Origin: an uncultured bacterium
GTDB taxonomy: Bacteria > Arandabacterota > Arandabacteria > Arandabacterales > Arandabacteraceae
Assembly (NCBI GenBank): GCA_964356335.1
Contig: CAYHHI010000017.1
Location: 1-63,609 of the forward strand
Reading direction: 5' to 3'
Length of the DNA stretch: 63,609 nt
This document shows, in pieces, positions 8,893 through 17,114 of the stretch. Each line of letters begins with the position of its first letter. Within the stretch, counting starts at the first letter, position 1. The notes under the pieces are model-generated. The model worked only from the letters and a program-made list of their open reading frames with translations, ran no database searches and had not been told where the DNA came from. Position numbers and translations under genes: made by a program.

Positions 8893-8933
8893 CCTGGGGA
8901 TAACTTGGGTCTACGAGCGAGGCGGAGGCAGAC

Positions 8934-9227
8934 TTGATAGTCGGCGAAGTTGTCGGTACGCTTGTCGCATCGAGTAAAGAAGAGCGCCTGCGAGGGCTCA
9001 AGTTTCTGATCGTCAAGATCGTCAACGTGGACCTCAAGCCGATTGGCCAGTTCCTGGTCTGTGCTGACGCCGTGGGTGCGGGCTACGGTGAGGTGGTGCT
9101 CTGTGCACAGGGAAGTTCGGCTCGACTGACGGACAAGACCAAGGATAACCCTGTTGATGCGGTGATATGCGGCATCATCGATACGATCGAACTCCAGGGC
9201 AAAGTGGTCTATGAGAAGTATGCTTGA
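8934..9227 (+). CDS. BMC-P pentameric vertex protein (EutN/CcmL)
   Basis: GEVVGTLVASSK...DAVGAGYGEVVL...GSSAR...PVDAVICGIID. Confidence 0.95.
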   Translation: MIVGEVVGTLVASSKEERLRGLKFLIVKIVNVDLKPIGQFLVCADAVGAGYGEVVLCAQGSSARLTDKTKDNPVDAVICGIIDTIELQGKVVYEKYA

Positions 9228-10644
9228 CGAGCGAAGCATAGGCACGATCGTCGAAGAGGTCCTCAAGAAGCTGCGAACCTACGGCGTTGGTGCGCCTGCC
9301 TCGGTGTCGGGCGGCGGGAAGCGGGGAGCATTCGGATCGATCCAGGAAGCCGCAGAGCGCGCGGAGACAGCCCAGCGTCTTTTGGTTGAGGTGCCGCTTG
9401 AGACCAGGAAGAAGATCATCGAAGCCATGCGGCGGGTCTCATGCGAGCATACGGAAGAGCTGTCGCGGATGGCAGTTGAGGAGACCGGGCTCGGGAGGCT
9501 TGAGGATAAAGTAAAGAAGAATCTCCTTGCCGCCACAAGGACTCCAGGCGTGGAAGACCTTGTGCCCGATGCGGTCTCCGGCGATCATGGCCTCACGATA
9601 ATAGAAAGAGCTCCCTATGGCCTGATAGGCTCGATCACACCTTCAACCAATCCCTCTGAAACCGTGATCAATAATGCTATTGGCATGGTCGCAGGCGGGA
9701 ATTCGGTAGTCTTCAATCCGCATCCCAGTGCCAGGATGACGACGCTTCGCACAATCCAGCTTCTTAATTCAGCGATCGAGGCCGAGGGTGGCCCTCCCAA
9801 CGTTCTCGCATCAATAGAAGAGCCAAGCATCGAGTCTGCCCAGGCCTTGATGAAGCATGAGAAGGTGAGGTTGCTTGTTGTGACCGGTGGTGGTGCCGTC
9901 GTCCGTGAGGCCATGAAGTCAGGTAAGAAGGTGATCGCAGCGGGGCCCGGAAACCCTCCCGTGGTTGTGGATGAAACGGCGGACCTCGATAGCGCAGGGC
10001 GGCATATCGTCAACGGGGCCTCGCTGGACAACAACATTGTCTGTATCTGCGAGAAGGAAGTCATTGCAGTTGAAAGGATAACCGACCAGCTCAAGAAGAA
10101 GATGCTTGCGAGCGGCGCAGTTGAAATCAAAGGGGGAGACGTCGAGAGGCTCCACGCGCTCATCATCAAGGAGGACAGGGGTCCCAGCAGACATGCCGTG
10201 ACAGCAAGAGAGTTCGTCGGCAAGGATGTCTCGCATTTCTTGCGGGCGATAGGCATAAAGAGCGAGACCCAGGCGAAACTCATAATATGTGAAACGCCTG
10301 CGTCGCATGCCTTTGTCTGGACCGAGCTGCTGATGCCCGTCCTGCCGATTGTGCGAGTGCGTGACGTCGATCAAGCAATCGGATTTGCCAAGGAGGTTGA
10401 GCAGGGCTTTGGGCATTCGGCCATGATGCATTCCACCAACATAACCAAGCTTTCCCAGATGGCCAGATCCATCGGGACAACCATATTTGTGAAGAACGGG
10501 CCTTGCTATGCGGGGCTCGGTTTTGGCGGCGAGGGTTACACAAGCTTCACAATCGCGAGTCCTACGGGCGAAGGGCTCACTTCTGCACGCACTTTCACCC
10601 GTATGAGGAAGTGTGTACTCGTTGATTATTTCAGGATTGTCTGA
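9220..10644 (+). CDS. CoA-acylating aldehyde dehydrogenase (EutE/PduP family) with N-terminal encapsulation peptide
   Basis: EETGLGR, ITPSTNPSET, FNPHP, VTGG, AGPGNPPVVVDETAD, DNNIVCICEKE, FTIASPTGEG; start 9220 (or 9211) overlaps the BMC-P stop. Confidence 0.95.
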   Translation: MLDERSIGTIVEEVLKKLRTYGVGAPASVSGGGKRGAFGSIQEAAERAETAQRLLVEVPLETRKKIIEAMRRVSCEHTEELSRMAVEETGLGRLEDKVKKNLLAATRTPGVEDLVPDAVSGDHGLTIIERAPYGLIGSITPSTNPSETVINNAIGMVAGGNSVVFNPHPSARMTTLRTIQLLNSAIEAEGGPPNVLASIEEPSIESAQALMKHEKVRLLVVTGGGAVVREAMKSGKKVIAAGPGNPPVVVDETADLDSAGRHIVNGASLDNNIVCICEKEVIAVERITDQLKKKMLASGAVEIKGGDVERLHALIIKEDRGPSRHAVTAREFVGKDVSHFLRAIGIKSETQAKLIICETPASHAFVWTELLMPVLPIVRVRDVDQAIGFAKEVEQGFGHSAMMHSTNITKLSQMARSIGTTIFVKNGPCYAGLGFGGEGYTSFTIASPTGEGLTSARTFTRMRKCVLVDYFRIV

Positions 10645-10655
10645 GGTCGCTTCCA

Positions 10656-11996
10656 TTGGCTAAGGATTTCCCTTTCTCAAGAAGTGAGATCGTAAAGAAG
10701 ATTTTCGAGGCCGGAGTGGTCGGCGCTGGCGGTGCGGGCTTCCCCACGCATGTCAAAGCCCAGGCAAAGGCCGAGATAGTGATCGCCAACGGCTGTGAGT
10801 GTGAACCGCTGGTCCAATCCGATAGGCACGTGCTTGAGAGCGCCGCGGACGACGTTTTGGAAGGGCTTAGGATCATGATGCTGGCCACCGGGGCTTCACG
10901 CGGGGTTTTTGCGGTCCGGGAGTCCTACGCTGGTATCATCGAAGCCCTGCGGAACCGAGTGAAAGGCGCCAGAGGCATCGAGATCGTGGGAGTGCCAGAC
11001 AACTACCCGGCCGGAGATGAACACCTCCTTGTCTATGAGATAACCGGGAGGGTGATACCGCAGGGAGGTATTCCGCCCCAGGTTGCAGCAGTGGTTTGCA
11101 ATGTCAACACGCTTGCCAACGTGAAGCGCGCTGTCGGCGGGAAGCCTGTCGCCGCACGGGTGGTCTCGGTGTGCGGGGACCTGCCCAGACCGGCAATCGT
11201 GGAAGTGCCTGTGGGAACCACGGTCATAGACGTACTCAGGCTGACAGGCAATGATGCCGGCCTTGAGACCAAGGGAATTCTGCTTTCGGGCGTTATGATG
11301 GGCGAGCTTTGCGAGGATACATCACGGCCGATTGACAAGCGGACGGGCGCCGTTGTGGTCTTGCCACGCGATAATGAGGTGATCGTGAGAAAGTCCCTTC
11401 CCATTGAGACCATCGTGAGGAGAGCTGCCTCGGTCTGCTGCCAGTGCACCTTCTGTACCGAGCTCTGCCCGCGTCATCTGATGGGGCACGACATAACGCC
11501 TCACAAGATCATGCGCTCGGTTGGCTGGACGCGGGTCTTTACTCCGGATATCGCCGGTGCGCTTTTCTGCTCGGGTTGCGGGCTCTGCGGCGTATATGTT
11601 TGCCCGATGCTGCTCTCGCCTGATAGGATAAGCTTCAGGGTAAGGGCCGAGATGGCCAGGCGAGGCATGAAGGTGGAGCGAGAGGGAGCGCGAGATGTGG
11701 AAGGAGTGAGGGCGCACCGCCTGGTGCCCCACCGTAGAATCGTTGAGAGGACCGGGCTCGCACCGTATGAACGGGATATCACCTTTGCCGGAGCCATAGA
11801 GCCTGACAGGGTGAAGATTCCCCTGGCTCAGCATTCCGGCATTGCGGCAAGGCCCGTCGTCAAGATCGGGGATTCCGTGCGTAAGGGGCAGATAGTAGCA
11901 AGCATCAACTTGGGCGAGATCGGTGCAAACGTCCACGCGAGCATCGATGGCGTCGTCACAGGCATCAATCACAGCATAGCGATCGAGAAGCGATGA
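10656..11996 (+). CDS. pduS: PduS-like flavin/Fe-S oxidoreductase (RnfC-related, SLBB domain)
   Basis: GVVGAGGAGFPTHVK, ANGCECEPL, YPAGDE, CCQCTFCTELCP, CSGCGLCGVYVCP, C-terminal ANVHASIDG. Confidence 0.88.
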   Translation: MAKDFPFSRSEIVKKIFEAGVVGAGGAGFPTHVKAQAKAEIVIANGCECEPLVQSDRHVLESAADDVLEGLRIMMLATGASRGVFAVRESYAGIIEALRNRVKGARGIEIVGVPDNYPAGDEHLLVYEITGRVIPQGGIPPQVAAVVCNVNTLANVKRAVGGKPVAARVVSVCGDLPRPAIVEVPVGTTVIDVLRLTGNDAGLETKGILLSGVMMGELCEDTSRPIDKRTGAVVVLPRDNEVIVRKSLPIETIVRRAASVCCQCTFCTELCPRHLMGHDITPHKIMRSVGWTRVFTPDIAGALFCSGCGLCGVYVCPMLLSPDRISFRVRAEMARRGMKVEREGARDVEGVRAHRLVPHRRIVERTGLAPYERDITFAGAIEPDRVKIPLAQHSGIAARPVVKIGDSVRKGQIVASINLGEIGANVHASIDGVVTGINHSIAIEKR

Positions 11997-12550
11997 CCGA
12001 GATCATAGAGGCCATAGGGCTTGTTGAACTCAATAGCATCGCGCAGGGTATCACGACTTGCGACGAGATGGTCAAGGTCGCCCCCGTCACACTGATGCTT
12101 GCGATGACGATCTGTCCCGGCAAGTACATTTCGCTGGTCGGAGGGGATGTCTCCTCAGTCAACTCATCGGTGAAGCGCGGTGTTGAAACTGGCGGAGCAT
12201 TCGTCGTGGATAGCCTCTTCATTCCCAATATCCACGAACAGGTCTTTCCCGCAATAATGGGCACGAGTGCTCCGAGAGTGATCCGCTCGCTGGGTGTGAT
12301 TGAGACTTTTTCCGTGGCATCCGCCATCATCGCCGGTGATGGCGCGGCGAAGGCCGCAAAGATCGAACTCATTGAACTGAGGCTTGCGCAGGGACTCGCG
12401 GGGAAGTCCTTTGTCACCCTGACGGGTGACGTGAGCGATGTCACAGCAGGCGTCCGCGCCGGGGTGGCCCTCATAAAGGAAAGCGGCATGTTGGTGAAAG
12501 ACGTCATCATTCCTCGGCCTCACGAGGATCTGAAACGGAAGATCGGCTGA
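11993..12550 (+). CDS. pduT: BMC-T trimeric shell protein, PduT-like
   Basis: Tandem BMC domains; AIGLVELNSIAQG, ICPGKY (pore Cys), LRLAQGLAGKS, IIPRPH. Confidence 0.9.
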   Translation: MTEIIEAIGLVELNSIAQGITTCDEMVKVAPVTLMLAMTICPGKYISLVGGDVSSVNSSVKRGVETGGAFVVDSLFIPNIHEQVFPAIMGTSAPRVIRSLGVIETFSVASAIIAGDGAAKAAKIELIELRLAQGLAGKSFVTLTGDVSDVTAGVRAGVALIKESGMLVKDVIIPRPHEDLKRKIG

Positions 12551-12553
12551 CGC

Positions 12554-12817
12554 ATGCATATAGCGAAAGTCATAGGTACCTTGGTGGCGACCAGGAAAGT
12601 GGATTCCCTGCGTGGGCAGAAGCTCCTGGTGATCCAGCCCTTGAACCCCAAGAAAGAGGAACGAGGACACCCCGTCGTTGCAGTCGACACGGTTGGGGCC
12701 GGTCCGGGCGACATAGTCTACTTCGTCAGAGGTAGGGAGGCTGCGCATGCCCTGGATGACAAATTCAACCCGGCGGATGCAGCCATCATGGGTATTGTTG
12801 ACAGAATAGACATCTGA
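12554..12817 (+). CDS. BMC-P pentameric vertex protein (EutN/CcmL)
   Basis: AKVIGTLVATRK...AVDTVGAGPGD...GREAA...DAAIMGIVD. Confidence 0.95.
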   Translation: MHIAKVIGTLVATRKVDSLRGQKLLVIQPLNPKKEERGHPVVAVDTVGAGPGDIVYFVRGREAAHALDDKFNPADAAIMGIVDRIDI

Positions 12818-12905
12818 GCCCTCGTACTGAGAGGCGTCATAGAGGGACCCGTATCGTGAAGCCTGTGCGCCTAAGAGCATTGTCAGGCGAGTTGGCTGGA
12901 GCGTC

Positions 12906-13190
12906 ATGTATATAGGCAAGGTAGTCGGGGACGTAGTCTCGTCGGTGAAGTACGAATCCCTCAAGAATCATAAGATTCTTATTGTCCAGCCACTCCAGCC
13001 GGACGGCACGCCAGTGGGCGAGCCGATACTAGCGATAGACATGGTGGATTCAGGGACGGGTGACATTGTACTCATAGTGGATCAGGGAACCGCCGCACGC
13101 CAGGTATTGGAAATGCAGTACCCCACAATAAGGACCTTGATACTTGGCATTGTGGACAGGATAGACTTTCACAAAGGCTCGGCGCGATGA
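12906..13190 (+). CDS. BMC-P pentameric vertex protein (EutN/CcmL)
   Basis: GKVVGDVVSSVK...AIDMVDSGTGDIVL...GTAAR...PTIRTLILGIVD. Confidence 0.93.
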   Translation: MYIGKVVGDVVSSVKYESLKNHKILIVQPLQPDGTPVGEPILAIDMVDSGTGDIVLIVDQGTAARQVLEMQYPTIRTLILGIVDRIDFHKGSAR

Positions 13191-13969
13191 GATCTGTCGT
13201 CTCGATTGATGATGCTCGCGAAGGCATTATCCAGGTTGGGCGGAGAATGTACGAGCGCGGTTTCGTGGCTTCCAATGATGGTAACGTGAGCATCAGGGTC
13301 TCAGATGATCGAGTGGTAGTTACTCCCACGGGGATCAGCAAGGGCTTTATGGCAAAGGGCGATCTTGTCCTTGTTGATATGAAGGGTGAGAAGACCAGCG
13401 GCAAGCGCCAGCCCACGTCTGAGATCAAGATGCATCTCAAAGCCTACGAATTGAGGAACGATATTCAGGCGGTTGTCCATGCCCATCCGCCTTACGCCAC
13501 CGGTTTTGCAGTCGCAGGAATCCCTCTGGCTCAGTGTGTTCTGCCCGAGGTGATCCTGACAATCGGATCGGTTCCGCTGGCCCAATATGCAACGCCGTCA
13601 ACCGACGAAGTCGCGGAGTCCATCGCGCAGGTGGTAACGAAGTGCGACGCCTTCCTCCTCAAGAACCACGGGGTCATGACTGTTGGCGGTGATGTCCTGA
13701 ATGCTTATCATAAGCTCGAGACGGTTGAACATTTCGCAAAGATAGCCTTCGTGGCGAGGCACCTGGGCAGGATAAGCCCGCTTGCTCATGACGAGGTGAT
13801 GAAGCTTCTTGCGGTGAGGGAGAAACTTGGGATCAAGGGCCCGACGCCTGGATGCCAGGAATGTGGTGCATGCCTGCCTCGTGAAGAACTCGATCAAGCA
13901 GGTTTGGTTAAGATAATTGTCGATGAGGTGGTGAACATCCTAAGGGAAGGCAAACATGCGATGGAGTGA
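13187..13969 (+). CDS. Class II aldolase (FucA-like) with C-terminal encapsulation peptide
   Basis: DGNVS, TPTGISKG, PTSEIKMH, VVHAHPPYAT, LKNHG zinc-binding motifs; C-terminal LDQAGLVKIIVDEVVNIL. Confidence 0.92.
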   Translation: MRSVVSIDDAREGIIQVGRRMYERGFVASNDGNVSIRVSDDRVVVTPTGISKGFMAKGDLVLVDMKGEKTSGKRQPTSEIKMHLKAYELRNDIQAVVHAHPPYATGFAVAGIPLAQCVLPEVILTIGSVPLAQYATPSTDEVAESIAQVVTKCDAFLLKNHGVMTVGGDVLNAYHKLETVEHFAKIAFVARHLGRISPLAHDEVMKLLAVREKLGIKGPTPGCQECGACLPREELDQAGLVKIIVDEVVNILREGKHAME

Positions 13970-15677
13970 GTTCTTTCTGCCGACATTAAAGGAAACGCCG
14001 TCCGAGGCGGAAATCATAAGCCACAAGCTGATGCTGAGGGCCGGTCTCATCAGAAAACTCTCGGCAGGTGTCTATAACCTGCTGCCCCTCGGGCTCAGGG
14101 TATCCAAGAAAGTCGAGAATATAGTCCGGGAGGAGATGAACCGGGCAGGCGGCCTCGAGATCCTAATGCCAGTTCTCAGTCCCGCCGAGTTGTGGCAGGA
14201 AAGCGGCAGATGGGACGTCTACGGAAAGGAGCTAATGAGGCTAAGGGACCGCCACGGCCGCTTCTTCGCTTTGGGCCCCACGCATGAGGAGGTCGTTACC
14301 GACATCGTGAGAAGGGAAGTGCGATCATACAGGCAACTGCCGCTCACGCTTTACCAGATTCAGACCAAGTTCAGGGATGAGGTGAGGCCGCGCTTCGGAG
14401 TGGTGAGGGCGAGAGAGTTCATAATGAAGGATGCCTATAGCTTCGATCGCGACGACGAGTGCCTGGCCAAGACCTATGCCAAGATGTACGAAGCTTACAC
14501 GAGGATCTTCAAGCGCTGCGGTCTGAGGTTCGGAGTGGTTGAGGCGGACTCAGGTGCTATCGGGGGCGATGTCACTCACGAATTCATGGTCTTCGCCGAA
14601 ACGGGGGAATCGCAGGTCTTCGCGTGCGGGTGCGGCTACGCGGCCACTGCCGAGAGAGCCGAGGGTGAGGCTCAAGCGTACGAGAGCGATAGGACTCCCA
14701 AGCCCCTTGAGAAGGTCAGCACCCCCAACATGAGGACCGTAGAGGAAGTGACTCAGTTTCTGGGCAAGAAACCGTGGGAGCTCGTTAAGACCATAATATA
14801 TAACGCTGACGGAAGATATGTCGCGGTGCTCATCCGCGGTGACAGGGAGATCAATGAGATCAAGCTTGCCAAGGTACTGGGAACGGTCAATATGGTGATG
14901 GCAACCCCTGAGGAGATCGAACAGGTTACAGGCGGACCCCTGGGCTTCTCGGGGCCCGTGGAGCTTAAAGACGTGCGAATGATTGGTGACTCGACCGTTC
15001 TGGGGATGGCCAACATGGTCGTGGGCGCGAACCAGATGGATGCCCACCTCGTCAATGCGAACTTGACAAGGGATTTCAGGCTGGATGAAGTGCACGACCT
15101 CGTCCTCGCCGTTCAGGGTGACAAGTGCAAGCGCTGTGGCAAGCCGCTTTCCACATGGAGAGGCATCGAGGTCGGCCAAGTATTCAAACTGGGCACGAAG
15201 TACTCGGACAAGATGAAGGCATATTTCCTCGACGAGCATGGCAATGAGAAGCCGTTCGTCATGGGTTGCTACGGTATCGGCATCACGAGAACCATCGCTG
15301 CGGCGATCGAACAGCACAACGACAGGGATGGCATTGCATGGCCGGTGACGATTGCACCCTTCGAGGTCCACGTGCTTCCCACCAATGTCTCGGACAGCGA
15401 TCTTAAGGATACCGCCGAGAGCATGTATGCGGCGCTGACGAAGAGCGGCGTGGAGGTGCTTCTCGATGACAGGGATGAGAGACCTGGTATCAAGTTCAAG
15501 GATGCCGATCTTGTGGGAATCCCCTTCAGGCTAACTGTGGGAGAGAAGGCAGCCAAGGAAGGCAAAGTCGAAATCCGAACTCGCAAGACCGGAGAAACAG
15601 TCAAGGTCGCCCGTGGGTCTGCTGCCGAGGCGGCTGCCAAAATCGTTCAAGAGGAAAAAAGCAAGCTCGCGATCTAA
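13956..15677 (+). CDS. proS: Proline--tRNA ligase (bacterial type with editing domain)
   Basis: SHKLMLRAG, LGPTHEE, QTKFRDE, REFIMKDAYSF, GIEVGQVFKLG, MGCYGIG. Confidence 0.98.
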   Translation: MRWSEFFLPTLKETPSEAEIISHKLMLRAGLIRKLSAGVYNLLPLGLRVSKKVENIVREEMNRAGGLEILMPVLSPAELWQESGRWDVYGKELMRLRDRHGRFFALGPTHEEVVTDIVRREVRSYRQLPLTLYQIQTKFRDEVRPRFGVVRAREFIMKDAYSFDRDDECLAKTYAKMYEAYTRIFKRCGLRFGVVEADSGAIGGDVTHEFMVFAETGESQVFACGCGYAATAERAEGEAQAYESDRTPKPLEKVSTPNMRTVEEVTQFLGKKPWELVKTIIYNADGRYVAVLIRGDREINEIKLAKVLGTVNMVMATPEEIEQVTGGPLGFSGPVELKDVRMIGDSTVLGMANMVVGANQMDAHLVNANLTRDFRLDEVHDLVLAVQGDKCKRCGKPLSTWRGIEVGQVFKLGTKYSDKMKAYFLDEHGNEKPFVMGCYGIGITRTIAAAIEQHNDRDGIAWPVTIAPFEVHVLPTNVSDSDLKDTAESMYAALTKSGVEVLLDDRDERPGIKFKDADLVGIPFRLTVGEKAAKEGKVEIRTRKTGETVKVARGSAAEAAAKIVQEEKSKLAI

Positions 15678-15931
15678 GCCGGACGGGCCTTGCCCCGCTT
15701 AGCAAGCCTTGACTTGAGCCGTGCCGCCGTGCGCCAGTGAATCACCCGCTTCTTTGCCGCCCGGTCGATTGTTGAAGCAGCTCCTGGCATCATCTTCATG
15801 ACGTCATCCGGGTTCGCCGTCTGTCTGACTTTCTTGGCTATTGTCTTCACGGCTGATTTGTCTGCTCTGTTGCGAGCTCTTTTCGCTTTGTCTTGTCTGA
15901 TGCGTTTGATTGCCGCTGCATGATGTGGCAA
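15674..15931 (-). CDS. rpsT: 30S ribosomal protein S20
   Basis: AAIKRIRQDKAKRARNR...IDRAAKKRVIHWRTAARLKSRL; TTG start with SD AAGGAGG. Confidence 0.95.
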   Translation of the reverse strand: MPHHAAAIKRIRQDKAKRARNRADKSAVKTIAKKVRQTANPDDVMKMMPGAASTIDRAAKKRVIHWRTAARLKSRLAKRGKARPA

Positions 15932-15994
15932 CTTCTCAACCTCCTTACGGTCCCCGGGCTAATCTCACGATCTTACGGTCGCTACGACTCGCTC

Positions 15995-16023
15995 AATATA
16001 ACATTGGGTGATACGCGTGTCAA
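15995..16023 (-). promoter_or_regulatory. Sigma-70-type promoter for rpsT
   Basis: Minus strand TTGACA-17 nt-TATATT with TGn. Confidence 0.75.
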
Positions 16024-16028
16024 CAGAT

Positions 16029-16976
16029 TCAGCCTCCGGCTTCCTTCTGCACCTGCCAGTATGCTCTGATGTAATTGTAGGCTCTTATATAGTCTATCAG
16101 CGGGAAGAGGAGGCGCCCCAGCCGTTTGAATCTGTACACAAAGAGGGCAACCCGGTAGAAGGGAGGGGTGAGTATTATCCTGAGCCCCATTTTCTGAAGG
16201 CTCATGACCGGGTTCTCGCGTGCCAGTCTCAGCGGCTCGGCAAAATGAAGCTTGATAGCTTTCTTGAGTTCAGGGTGATGCGCCACAAGGAGGGGTACGG
16301 TGTACCGTCCGTACTCTTTCATCTTTGTTATCATGTCATCGAGGTCGGGCGGGTGATGGTGGTAGGACACCGCGCCGGCTGCGAATACGAAATTCGCACC
16401 GGCATGACAGAGCTTCATCCCGAGGTCGATGTCCTCCCCGTACTTCCATATGGATTCATCAAACTGGCCGGCCTTGTCAAATAACTCCCGTGAGAGGGAA
16501 ACATTGCCGGTTCTCACACACCTGGGTGGGATCTTCTGTCTGGACTTGAGCTTGTGTATGCCTTGCCGCTCAACATAGCGTGCCAGCGGGTGAGACTTGT
16601 ACTCCGGCGGGCTGAGGACGTTGCCGATTACAACATCTGTCGGACCTGTGCAGGCACTCACATGTCTCTCCACAAAGTCCCCGACCACTGTCATGTCATC
16701 GTCAACAAAGATGAGGATATTGCCGCTTGAATGCCTGACGCCTTCATTCCTTGCGAACGCGCGGCCCCGGTTCTGGTCGAGATAAATGATCCCGGTTGAG
16801 ATATCGCTGAACTCCACTTCCAGCATCCCCAGGTCGGCGTCGGAGCCATCATTGATCACAATCACCTCGAACCGGTGAGCGGTCTTCTGCTTTGACAGCG
16901 ACTCCAGAAGATTGTGCAGGAGATCGGGGCGCTTGTGCGTCGGTATTATTATGCTGGCCTTGGAAACCGTACTCAT
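16029..16976 (-). CDS. Glycosyltransferase family 2
   Basis: SIIIPT, VIVINDGS, ARNEG, IFVDDD, GEDIDLG. Confidence 0.92.
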   Translation of the reverse strand: MSTVSKASIIIPTHKRPDLLHNLLESLSKQKTAHRFEVIVINDGSDADLGMLEVEFSDISTGIIYLDQNRGRAFARNEGVRHSSGNILIFVDDDMTVVGDFVERHVSACTGPTDVVIGNVLSPPEYKSHPLARYVERQGIHKLKSRQKIPPRCVRTGNVSLSRELFDKAGQFDESIWKYGEDIDLGMKLCHAGANFVFAAGAVSYHHHPPDLDDMITKMKEYGRYTVPLLVAHHPELKKAIKLHFAEPLRLARENPVMSLQKMGLRIILTPPFYRVALFVYRFKRLGRLLFPLIDYIRAYNYIRAYWQVQKEAGG

Positions 16977-17003
16977 GTTTAAGTCGTACCTCCGAGCCGG
17001 AGC

Positions 17004-17032
17004 AGTATATCAGCGGTGGGGAGACGTGTCAA
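17004..17032 (-). promoter_or_regulatory. Sigma-70-type promoter for the GT2 gene
   Basis: Minus strand TTGACA-17 nt-TATACT with TGn. Confidence 0.75.
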
Positions 17033-17114
17033 GAAAGCATGGCGCACTAGAGCCCCTGCTTTTCCTTTGATGAGCAGGGGACCTTCTGCTACACTCCACC
17101 GCCGAGGTCGAGAT

